In this document: in pieces, positions 22,993 through 33,974 of the stretch
Numbering within the stretch: the first letter of the stretch is position 1
How the letters are laid out: every line of letters begins with the position of its first letter
Origin: Octopus bimaculoides
Lineage: Eukaryota
Length of the DNA: 47,118 nt
Direction: 5' to 3'
Assembly (NCBI RefSeq): GCF_001194135.2
Contig: NC_069006.1
Coordinates: 17,206,789-17,253,906 of the forward strand
The notes under the pieces: model-generated
The model's database searches: none
Told to the model about the DNA's origin: nothing
The model's input: only the letters and a program-made list of their open reading frames with translations
Position numbers and translations under genes: made by a program

Positions 22993-23229
22993 TTTTATTT
23001 ATTTATGCGCCCTTTCAAAGCCTTGTCAGGCTCATGGGCCCGATTTCCCGGTTTCTATGGCGTATGCGTTCCCCGCCAGCTGGACAGAACGCCACCATCC
23101 CCTGCCGGAGCCTCGTGGAGCTTTAGGTGTTTTCGCTCAATAAACACACACAACGCCCGGTCTGGGAATCGAAACCGCGATTCTCCGATCGTGAGTCCGC
23201 TGCTCTAACCACTGGGTCATTGCGCCTCC
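22993..23229 (-). mobile_element. SINE family D head with tail type 2, flanked by a 12-bp TSD
   Basis: Same head as 21669-22039 up to GATGGTGGCG, then a different tail (...GCCATAGAAACCGGGAAATCGGGCCCATGAGCC...GGGCGCA(TAAA)n). Perfect TSD ATAGATTAAAAT at 22981-22992 and 23230-23241. Confidence 0.9.
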
Positions 23230-24371
23230 ATAGATTAAAATAGAAAATGAAAAAGTGAAACATTTGGCATCACTTGAAAAACATTTAATTTAAATAGAGA
23301 ACATAACATAGTGCAGAGTAGTTATACATACATACATACATACACAGACACAGAACTTATTTTTTATATGCCTAGTACTTATTCTATCCGTTGTGCTGAT
23401 CTGATAAGCTAGCTTGCTTTATCTGCATTGATTTGTGAATGTACAATTGTATTGTATTATGCGTAGCATGCATATTAGTGCAGACAAGTATATATAATTT
23501 ATTATACACTGATATTATTATTTTATGGAAAAGTCTGTGAAACGGCTGTAATCCTAAGGGTGGCAAGTGATTAAATTAATATATTCACTTCTCATACCTC
23601 TTGATGTTTGTACTTTAAATAATCCTTATGAAATAAGGATCTCCTGGAACTCTGTATGAAACTCTGCATTATACACCTTTACAATGTGATCTGTTAGCCG
23701 AGTCCGTTAGAGGAGCTTTCTGTGCCAACCACATGAGTCTATAAATCCATACATTATACTACAAATATGTGTGTGTATGTGTGTGTGTGCGTATATTCGC
23801 GTGTATGTCTATATGTGTGTGTATGAATGTGTATATACGTGTATGCATGTTTATGTGTGTGTATATATGAGTATGTTACCATTTACATAAGTTAACGTCA
23901 TTCAAAGTTGCAAGTTCTTTCAACTCAAGTTGAAGTGGTTTAAAAAAAAATTCGATAATAAATAAATAACAAAAACAAAACATTAAACAAAAATAAAACG
24001 AATATTAATGCAGACGACATTGAAATATCATAAATAATCGAACATAAATCGAATTCCAATAATGTTGATCAAAGACAACATACATAATTCAACGCTACTT
24101 CTTTAATAACGATAGTGTGGCTGTTTAGTATGCACCACGTCAGCTTTCTATGTTTTAAGTCGTTCCGACCGTGACTGTTCCATCAGTTTCTCGTGTATTA
24201 CGCAGTATCTAGGCCTACATTATTCAATGTATGTGTCATTCTGGTCTTTGTCTTTTGTTTTTTAATCGTGCTTGGGGAGATGTTTTTATTTGGTGCTAAG
24301 AGATATATATGAGGGAGATTGAAGTGTCATTTCTATCAGTTCGATTGAACGCGTAAAGGCTCCCTCGTTAG

Positions 24372-24427
<56 letters not shown>

Positions 24428-26786
24428 NNNNNNNNNNNNNNNNNNNNNNNNNNNNNNNNNNNNNNNNNNNNNNNNNNNNNNNNNNNNNNNNNNNNNNNNN
24501 NNNNNNNNNNNNNNNNNNNNNNNNNNNNNNNNNNNNNNNNNNNNNNNNNNNNNNNNNNNNNNNNNNNNNNNNNNNNNNNNNNNNNNNNNNNNNNNNNNNN
24601 NNNNNNNNNNNNNNNNNNNNNNNNNNNNNNNNNNNNNNNNNNNNNNNNNNNNNNNNNNNNNNNNNNNNNNNNNNNNNNNNNNNNNNNNNNNNNNNCTTCA
24701 TTTATTGAGCTTCCCCTCCTCGGTTTAATGTATTTAGCTTTCAGCTTTATAAGTTTAATCTGGGGAAAGTAAACTGCAGACTAACTGTATTAAATTTATC
24801 TTAAAAGTTTCTAAAGTACGTTGTTTGTGCATAAAATATTAATTATTTAATCCTGCCATCGAGAAATTTATGATATACAAAATTGTCTAGCCATTCAATT
24901 TACTTCCTTGTTTGTACCTAATTTAAATAGCGATTGCTATTAAGTTCTCTTTGTAGGCAATGAAATGTGTGACCGACAAACTATGAAACATGTTGGGATA
25001 ATCTCATATTTAGATTTGCTTACTTTCCACACTGAAGGTGCTATAAACCGTCGATTGCCACCAGTCACAGCTCCGGAAACAGCGAAAAGATTTCCAAGAG
25101 CCGTTCAGAGAATATGTGTTCCCTCACTTGTTGATAACGAGCAAAATCACTAAATCATTTTACGATAATAAAAAAGTAATGGGAAGGGTACGGGAATGGC
25201 ACATTGTAGACGAGAGAAGTAAGGACAAGAAACAGAAAAGCTACTTCTCTTAGAAATAATAGAATACTTAGAGAAGTCGAGCAAATAGCATGAGGAAACA
25301 ATCTTCCTCAAAGTTGCATTGAAATAGCACAAGAAACAAAGAACTGCTAGATGACTTATAGGATTTACCCTACCATTTAGAGATAAACTCTACAGATTAA
25401 CGAGGTGGGGGGGTCTCCAATTAAGTGAAGCCTGCAAAATAATTTTCACAAAAACCGAAGAACAATTCCACGAAGGACATTACGTAAGTCCTCACCAAGA
25501 AGGGATCTTTTCTTGACGGGCCGACCCTCAGAATTGCTTTCGGGCATTTATGAAACGAGTATTTATATCAATTCGGAGTCCAGAAAAGAGACGGCTGAAG
25601 ATGGGGATTAGAGATGCAAGATCCTTGATCTGACCGACTTAAAAATGTTCATTGATGTAACTGAGCTTCGCATCTGTATTTCATTCATATCGTGTTTTGA
25701 TTATCGCATGTTCTGTATAATGTTATAGCTATTCAGCGTTTTGATCTTACATCCAAATATGTGCTCTGCATATCGTCAATCCGCTTCTGCTACGTTTTAT
25801 ATAACTTTGTCTTGTCCTTAGCCACATCGTCTTTTTAACACCCATATTTTAACATTTGTATATGTATTTATTTATACATTATTATGTATGCTTGTATGAG
25901 CCCTTGTGGCTTATAAAGTAACTGTCACGACTACAAGTATTGCTATCATAGTACCCACTGAAACTAACGGAGTTTATTCCAGTCACCTTTCAGTAATTCT
26001 TAATGTTTTTTCTCTTTAATCTTGCTCCATTTTCTTCTTATATTTCATATTGTCTTCTCTCAGTTATCCATTATACTGTAAGTCTTGTTTCTGTTTCTTC
26101 TTGTGCTTCTAGTTGTCTCTCTGACTTATTTTTGTAATACTCTTCGTCTTCTTTCAACAGTTTGTCTGTTTGACTATCAATAACCTGATGTATATTTGAA
26201 AAGTTGTCTCTTTACTAGCTCTTACGCTTTCACTCACACTCCCTCTTTCATTCTCACTGACGCCCCACATATTCATTATTTATTATTCACATTCTGTCTC
26301 TTATGTGTGTGCATGTGTCTGTGTGTGTGTGTGCACGTGTCTGTGTGTGTGTGTGTGTAACTACGTGTGTTGCTGTTCGTTACCTATTTACCGCTCGATC
26401 AAAATCTTATTCCAGCCCTCTCTTCATTTCTCAACAACTCCCATACACACATAGAGAGATAGACTTAATCGTTAGCTGATTCAAAGCCACTACCTGGCCC
26501 ATGGCTGCCTTCAGCAGACACCACACAGTGGAAAGCATTCGAGCTAGGTCGCTGGTTTGAGGATATTTTCCTCTTGCCCTCTCACCATTCACGGACTCCC
26601 TATAAAGGGTCATGAAAAATACTTGTCATTTCTTCCGTGAATAAACGATAAAAAACATCTCTGATGTTCTCTGATAATAACCTCGCATGTACACAACATC
26701 ATTACTGTTGCTGCCATAGAGCTATAAGTTCTCATCAGGCCACAAGACACAGTAGATATGGTCTGAAGCTGTCAAACCCTGTTTAA

Positions 26787-27008
26787 CCATTTACCATTTA
26801 AACCGGCCACATCAGGCTCAAATATTCCACCTATTTTATATTCAAACTGGCCAGATCCAGCTTCTCACACCTACCCTACACAATGATGTATTAAAAGTAA
26901 ACAACTACATGATCGAACTCTCGAAGCTACGAGATAACGTTGGATTAATTCAAAACGATGTTAATCAACAAGCATTGTCTTTGATGGAATAATCTGAATA
27001 CTGAAGGG
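26787..27008. mobile_element. piggyBac-type non-autonomous MITE (~222 bp)
   Basis: TTAA at 26783-86 and 27009-12. Degenerate TIRs CCATTTACCATT vs reverse complement CCCTTCAGTATT (8/12). Confidence 0.65.
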
Positions 27009-27240
27009 TTAATCCAGGTTCCTTAATCCATGCACAACGATTCTTTACTACAACCAGAATAAGAGTATTAGGTATTAGTGAGGCAGAAACTGCATCACTA
27101 ACACACGACAATCCCTTGACTCTCAGCGCTGTTGTTCCTTCTCCCTGTTTTCTATACCGTTATTATAATGGCTTCTGCTCCTTCGAACTAACAATACGCA
27201 TGTCAACCCAACATTGGTACGCCCTTAAAACACGTTGTCC

Positions 27241-27650
27241 CGCCTCCTCCTCCCCTGCTCTCCTGCTCTCCTCCTCCCCTGCTCTCCTCCTCCCCTGCTC
27301 TCCTCCTCCCCTGCTCTCCTCCTCCCCTGCTCTCCTCCTCCNNNNNNNNNNNNNNNNNNNNNNNNNNNNNNNNNNNNNNNNNNNNNNNNNNNNNNNNNNN
27401 NNNNNNNNNNNNNNNNNNNNNNNNNNNNNNNNNNNNNNNNNNNNNNNNNNNNNNNNNNNNNNNNNNNNNNNNNNNNNNNNNNNNNNNNNNNNNNNNNNNN
27501 NNNCCTGCTCTCCTCCTCCTCCTCCTCCTCCTCGTCCTCCTCCTCCTCGTCGTCCTCGTCTTCCTCGTCCTCCTCGTCCTTCTCGTCTTCCTCGTCCTCC
27601 TCCTCGTCCTCCTCCTACCGCCACCACCACCACCACCACTACTACTACTA
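27241..27650. repeat. 16-bp minisatellite (CCTGCTCTCCTCCTCC)n, gap, then (TCC/TCG)n, (CCA)n, (CTA)n
   Basis: CCTG recurs at 16-bp spacing (27278, 27294 and onward). Trinucleotide tracts follow the gap. Confidence 0.9.
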
Positions 27651-27787
27651 CCTGCTGGTAGTGGGAAGGGGCCTGGAAATGTCAAGGGAACTGTACTCTT
27701 TCTGCTGATTAGGGAATCATTGAAGGACCATCTCGCGAAACATTTACACGTAGAGACAGACATGCAAAAACGCATGCGTGGAGAGGA

Positions 27788-27837
<50 letters not shown>

Positions 27838-28169
27838 ACACACACATTACTCACACAAATACACACGTATATGCGCACACTCATGCACTCGCTCGCATAA
27901 ACTCCTAGAAACTCGGCAAAATCAAGAAGCCATAGAAATGCTGGTAGACACAATTAGAGATGGCGTCACTGTTTCGCTGCTATATCAAAACGCCTGTCCT
28001 CACAGCAAGCAAACACAGATGAACACCCACGAGTTGACATAGACATAGAAACACATGCACATACACTCTTATCGATACACACACACACATACATACATAC
28101 ACACACATTCATGTACAGATATAAAAGACACAAAGCAGAGAGAGACGCAGGAACCTTCGTACACAACGA

Positions 28170-28260
28170 AACACGTATATGAACACACACACACATCCTC
28201 TCTCTCTCACACAAACGTACACCTGCACTCAAACACACACACGCACACACACACACACAC

Positions 28261-28296
<36 letters not shown>

Positions 28297-28350
28297 CCTC
28301 TTTCACACACACATACACACACACTCTTTCACACACACACACTCACACAC
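28170..28350. repeat. Interrupted (CA)n array
   Basis: Directly visible. Confidence 0.9.
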
Positions 28351-29078
28351 GTACACAGAAACATACATAAAGACACAAAGACAGAAATTTTTATGCGCAT
28401 ATATTTAAAATGGCGCCTCGGTTATGAGAAATTTATTTTTCCGTCGTACACAACATATGCAAAGAGAGATGCATATATACACAAAAGGACAAACACATGT
28501 AGACACGTGTAACACATGCATACACAAGCGCAATAGNNNNNNNNNNNNNNNNNNNNNNNNNNNNNNNNNNNNNNNNNNNNNNNNNNNNNNNNNNNNNNNN
28601 NNNNNNNNNNNNNNNNNNNNNNNNNNNNNNNNNNNNNNNNNNNNNNNNNNNNNNNNNNNNNNNNNNNNNNNNNNNNNNNNNNNNNNNNNNNNNNNNNNNN
28701 NNNNNNNNNNNNNNNNNNNNNNNNNNNNNNNNNNNNNNNNNNNNNNNNNNNNNNNNNNNNNNNNNNNNNNNNNNNNNNNNNNNNNNNNNNNNNNNNNNNN
28801 NNNNNNNNNNNNNNNNNNNNNNNNNNNNNNNNNNNNNNNNNNNNNNNNNNNNNNNNNNNNNNNNNNNNNNNNNNNNNNNNNNNNNNNNNNNNNNNNNNNN
28901 NNNNNNNNNNNNNNNNNNNNNNNNNNNNNNNNNNNNNNNNNNNNNNNNNNNNNNNNNNNNNNNNNNNNNNNNNNNNNNNNNNNNNNNNNNNNNNNNNNNN
29001 NNNNNNNNNNNNNNNNNNNNNNNNNNNNNNNNNNNNNNNNNNNNNNNNNNNNNNNNNNNNNNNNNNNNNNNNNNNNNG

Positions 29079-29222
29079 GTGGTGGTAGTGCTGCTACTGC
29101 TGCTGCTGGAGGTGGTGGCGGTAGCGGTGGTGGTGCTGGTGGTGGCGGTAGCGGTAGTAGTGGTGGTGGTGGCGGTAGTGGTGACTGTTGGGGTAGTGGC
29201 TTTAGCGCTGGTGGTGGTGGTG
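29079..29222. repeat. GC-rich degenerate (GGT/GCT/GGC)n trinucleotide tract
   Basis: Directly visible; abuts a gap. Confidence 0.85.
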
Positions 29223-29479
29223 GGACGTTGTCATTGCCTTTCCTGTTGTTGTCATTGTTGTTGCTATACCGGATGTTGTCGTATTGGTCGGTTTTATTTC
29301 CAGTTATTGGTGTGGTCTCTGTCACAGTTAAGATGTTTCCCGTATTCCCTCGTCCTTCTTTGTTGTTGTACACACAAGCACACGTACACATATAGACGTA
29401 TACAAATATACATACATACAATGTATATATAACATAATAGGTGCATATATATATATATATATATTAAAAAAGATTAATA

Positions 29480-29625
29480 CAGAAGACGGAGTGTAACAAG
29501 AAGCCTTTATTAGAACAACAATCGTTTCGGCTTCATATTGCACTGCCCCCTAGTGGGCGCGGAACGATGCAGTAACACCAAATGCAACGCACAGTGCAAA
29601 AGAGCCTCTTCGGATGACATAAGGT
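29480..29625 (-). mobile_element. Penelope-like element end (pseudo-LTR) with degenerate hammerhead-like core
   Basis: Minus strand: CCGAAGA-GGC TCTTTTGCACTG...CAGTGCAATATGAA GCC-GAAAC GATTG...AATAAA. This matches the C(T)GANGA-stem-GAAAC-AATAAA layout known from PLE pLTRs. Confidence 0.5.
29542..29556 (-). promoter_or_regulatory. CTCF consensus motif
   Basis: Reverse complement CCACTAGGGGGCAGT matches the CTCF core CCASYAGRKGGCRSY at all positions. Binding is not demonstrated. Confidence 0.5.
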
Positions 29626-29974
29626 GCTTCACGAGATTTACATTTCAATTTCACTTCAAGCTATGTGGTGAAAGATTCTAGCAGTTCAAGTCCATTTATT
29701 AAAGTGAAAAAGATTTGGTTAGGAAAAAAAAATAGAAGAATAAAAACAAAGCATCTAACATGAATCGGGTGGGGCTGTTGATATTTGTGGTCAAGACTTT
29801 ATTGCTAAAAAATAAAAAATGCAAAGTATAAACAATCTAGCTTATATGATGGGGCATTACTTTCTAAAGCTTAATTCTTTAATTTTAAATTCGTCTACCC
29901 CATGACGAAGGAACGAATCCGAAACGTTGGCTATTCCACTCCTCACGGCAAGTTCACTATACCCCTTTCACTTG

Positions 29975-30014
<40 letters not shown>

Positions 30015-30062
30015 GAAAAAGAAACAGTAGTTATGGTAGTGGTGGTAGTCATTGTCGTATTC

Positions 30063-30099
<37 letters not shown>
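30063..30099. repeat. (TAG)n microsatellite
   Basis: Directly visible. Confidence 0.95.
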
Positions 30100-30374
30100 C
30101 AACAACAGCAGATAGAAGTATATAAATAAAATTGGATGTTTTGGCGGAGGGGATGGAATTAGTCAAAATGGTAGATCTAGAGAAGGTCGAGTGATGACAA
30201 CGAATGGAAGCGTTTATCAATAAACTGTGAGGAGGAAAGAAAGGAAAGAGAGGAATAAATAAGTTTATTGCTAATTGGATAACAATTAATGTTCTTCATA
30301 TAATACATATCGGAAGGTGTACAGGAAAACTAGATTATTAATAAATAATATAGATGAATGGATGATAGATAGAT

Positions 30375-30409
<35 letters not shown>

Positions 30410-31270
30410 AACACAAAATGTCATTAATCAAGAGCCTAATTTAATTGTCTGAATAACGGGTTGATATTTAAAAAAAATTTTTGATCATTAACAACCTTCA
30501 GTTGATTATTGCGAAGAGAAATTAACTAGCTCATAATTTAGTCGAGAAGTTTTAAATAATTTTTTTAAATAATTTTTTAAAATAATAAAATAGTATTTAG
30601 GAGTCTCATTTATAAAACGAATCCTATAATAGAAGCTAGAAAGGTTTAAAGCAAGGATTCTCTAACTGGGGTACAACGTACTGCTAAGGGTCCGCAAATT
30701 TTGTAGGTACACACGATTTGCAACAAAAAAGTAATGCTGGAATTCTGGAGTGACCACAACCAACTACTTAACAATAGAGCACCGTCAGATTTATTGAAAT
30801 AGTGTTTATAATATGTGGTATGCTCTGGCGGTTAATTATTTAATTGGCGACAATCATTTGTAGGTTAACTATGTCGGGGTTAGAAGTAGAAATTTTAAAT
30901 CGAAGGGTAACGAAAGGGTGCAAAATATACATATTTAATTCTTTTCTTCGAGAAACATAAATTACACTGAATTAAACATTTGTACGTAACGAGACAGGTT
31001 AGAAGACATTCATGGAATGTTCTCTTGTTTTTTTTTCCTTTTCTTCATAAATCGTTAATAGTTCAGCAACTAAAGAGAAGAGACAGAGAAATGTCCTCAA
31101 CTTCATCAACTATGTTGGTTTGAAGACTTTAAAATAATTAATAACAAATTATATCATATAGAGAGTGGACCAAAAGTCACAAAGGAGTTTGAAATTTAAA
31201 TAAAGTTTTTAATTACTTTTTTCTTGTATTTTTCTTTACCCTCCACGTTCATTGGACCTCCCCCTCCCAC

Positions 31271-31486
31271 TTATTCTATCGGTCTATTTTGCCGAACCGC
31301 TAAGTTACGGCGACGTAAACACACCAGCATCGATTGTCAAGCGATGTTGTTAGGGACAAACACAGACATACAAACATATATAATAAGTGCTAGGCTTACA
31401 TAGAATAAGTCCTGGGGTCGATTTGTTCGACTGAATGCGGTGCTCCAGCATGGCCGCAGTCAAATGACTGAAACAAATAAAAGAAT
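31271..31486 (+). mobile_element. SINE family A, 5'-truncated with inverted 5' segment
   Basis: 31271-31380 is the reverse complement of the A middle segment. 31381-31486 is the immediately following consensus segment in sense orientation through the tail. Confidence 0.85.
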
Positions 31487-31640
31487 ATTACTAGTTGAAG
31501 TCTATGGAGCGAATTTCCTCTGTGGACAAGTCGACTTTACCAAATGTTGGTATTGGTAAGAGTACGGTACTGCAAATGCATTGTGGGATATTGTATGCGG
31601 AAAATTCGGACTGCTATACGTTTTTAAGTATGGTGTTACA

Positions 31641-31711
31641 TTGGTTTCAAATTTTGGCACAAGGCCGCTGAACACTTCGCCCGGCGGGCTAACGTTTCTG
31701 CCAGCTTGCCG
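31641..31711 (-). mobile_element. SINE family B mini-copy: head fused directly to tail
   Basis: Reverse complement CGGCAAGCTGGCAGAAACGTTAGCCCGCCGGGCGAAGTGTTCAGCGGC|CTTGTGCCAAAATTTGAAACCAA; the core is deleted. Confidence 0.8.
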
Positions 31712-31775
31712 TTTTACCTATGACGTACAAATGTTTCTTAATGGTGACTTCATTTGTCCTTCCATCTGCTGAAAG

Positions 31776-31951
31776 GCATGTACCGATGGAAGAGTGGTGG
31801 TTTGCGCAAACCTCCTACTTTCGTCTGTCACCTGTGCTTCAAAGCAGACATAACTGCAGCAGAAATGAACAATCATCTAAGAGGTCATGGATGGAAAATG
31901 GTTAATGCCAATGACAACGAGGAAACACAAAGAGACGGCAATCATTTGTGA
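31776..31951 (+). CDS. Candidate terminal coding exon (or small ORF from ATG 31778) encoding one C2H2 zinc finger
   Basis: (G)MYRWKSGGLRKPPTFVCHLCFKADITAAEMNNHLRGHGWKMVNANDNEETQRDGNHL*, with exact C-X2-C-X12-H-X3-H spacing at 31826-31888. Pyrimidine tract plus AAG acceptor ending at 31775, stop 31949-51, AATAAA at 31995. Confidence 0.5.
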
Positions 31952-33133
31952 AGACGGAGCGATCACCATATGCGTATACATGTATATATGTATGAATAAA
32001 TGGATATATTAATGCGTGAATGCATGTATGAATGTTGCGTGTGTACAGATGGATGGATGGATTATGCATGCATACGTGTGTGCGTGTTTCCTATAAAATA
32101 TAAACAGTATTTATTTTGTTGATATATACAAAACAGTTTACCATTGTAACAATGTATATCAAATTATTATATAAAATAATTTACAGAAAATAATATTTGT
32201 GTTTTGGAGAAATGAACAAAGCCTGTAGCATGGATAAACGGTATTTCAATCCACTAATCGCGGATTATCAACATCAGGCGAAGAATCGATACATAATGCA
32301 TACATACATACATACATTCACAAATGCACACACAAACTATTTCTTTTTCACCAGAAGTCACGGTTGAAAACACCTGAAAGCTGAATTCTAGAAAGGAAAA
32401 CAGAGAATTTGGATGTTTAATGTAATATTTAACTTCAACAAATGGATGAATAATTTCGAAAATGGCATTTAAATCGGAAAAAACAGTTTGACTCCAGTTC
32501 ACACATGACGTGATAAGCGGTGATAGATTGGAAATACCCATTTACCTGGATACAAGCTTTTTTATTCATTTCCAATACTTATGTATATACATACATACAT
32601 ACATACATACATGTGTGCGTGTGTGCATGAATTTAATACACAACCGAAAGAGCGACTAATAGTTTCATGCTTTTATGATACTTTAACTCGGCGTATTTAT
32701 AAAGCACATCATGTATCTCCAAGAAATATTTTAGGCTCTGTCAATGCGTTATATATATTTTATATATAAAAACAAGGGTGTTGAACAGAGGAAAAATAAA
32801 AGACGAGAAGAAAAATGCGAAGAAGGTTCATGCAAAAAAAAAATGGAACGAGAAGAAAGAAACTAACGCAAGAAAACTAAGATCCCCGTCCTCTTTGATT
32901 GCAGAAATCACAATTAATACAGCTGGTAGAGAACAAAATAGCAGGAAATGTGTCAAAGTCTTCGGGGCAACAACTCAGTCCGGAGCGGGTGGTGTCCTCC
33001 AATACGACAAAAGAAACCTGTCCATGTGTTTGCACCTGGTAAAAATTTCAGATCTAGAATTAAGCAGTGTTGAAATACATACACACACACACACATATAT
33101 GTGTGTGTGTGTGTGTATGTGTATATATGTATG

Positions 33134-33186
<53 letters not shown>

Positions 33187-33500
33187 NNNNNNNNNNNNNN
33201 NNNNNNNNNNNNNNNNNNNNNNNNNNNNNNNNNNNNNNNNNNNNNNNNNNNNNNNNNNNNNNNNNNNNNNNNNNNNNNNNNNNNNNNNNNNNNNNNNNNN
33301 NNNNNNNNNNNNNNNNNNNNNNNNNNNNNNNNNNNNNNNNNNNNNNNNNNNNNNNNNNNNNNNNNNNNNNNNNNNNNNNNNNNNTATATATATACGAAAC
33401 CAATTGCGAATTTGTACGTTTACAAGCCTTTCCGAAATTAAAAAAAAATATTAATCGTTCTCTTTTTTGCTCGCTACTGTATATATATGTGCATATTTGT

Positions 33501-33723
33501 ATGTTTGTGTCTCTGTTTGTCTCCATCACCCTCGCTTGACAACCGATGTTGGTGTGTTTACGTCCCCGTAACCTAGCTGTTCGGCAAAAAAAGACCGATA
33601 AAATAAGTACTAAGCTTACAAAGAATAAATCCTAGGGTCGATTTGTTTGACTAAAACCCCTTAAGGTGGTGCTCTAGCATGGCCACAGTCAAACCACTGA
33701 AACAAGTAAAAGAATAAAAGAAT
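33501..33723 (+). mobile_element. SINE family A, 3' half
   Basis: TGTTTGTCTCC...TCGCTTGACAACCGATGTTGGTGTGTTTACG...AATAAGTACTAAGCTTACAAAG...AGCATGGCCACAGTC...(TAAAAGAA)n. Confidence 0.88.
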
Positions 33724-33824
33724 GCATAAGTATTGGAAATAAAGCAAAACGGGTAAAACGAAACAGCGGTAGATTAAGAGATTAAGAAATTCTGTTTTTT
33801 GCTGTTTTTTTGCGGATAGATAAA

Positions 33825-33974
33825 TAAATACCGTGACGACATTTTCGGACAACCGCTTATGATGTGGTTGATATCTTCGGTGTTAACCCCACAAAGTTTG
33901 CATCGGTTGTCACATTTTACTGCTTTTGCGACGTTTTTGTCCCTTTTGTGCCTCAGGTATTTGGTTGATTGGTA
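33825..33974 (-). pseudogene. Non-LTR retrotransposon fragment, CCHC zinc-knuckle region upstream of a restriction-like endonuclease (R4/Dong-like)
   Basis: Translates YQSTKYLRHKRDKNVAKAVKCDNRCKLCGVNTEDINHIISGCPKMSSRYL. The C-X2-C-X8-H-X4-C motif with HIISGCPK..RY is characteristic of RLE-bearing LINEs. Confidence 0.72.

Noticed and set aside
25590-25640. Second hammerhead candidate at CTGAAGATGGGG
   Set aside because: A short stem follows, but there is no GAAA at the required position.
27116-27775. Pro/Ser/Arg/Gly-rich ORFs (and 28405-29421, 29079-29432)
   Set aside because: These are translations of the 16-bp minisatellite and trinucleotide tracts spanning gaps.
32430-32540. Mariner-like peptides NFENGI and FTHDVISGD
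   Set aside because: Too short, in the wrong order for a transposase, and no TIR found.
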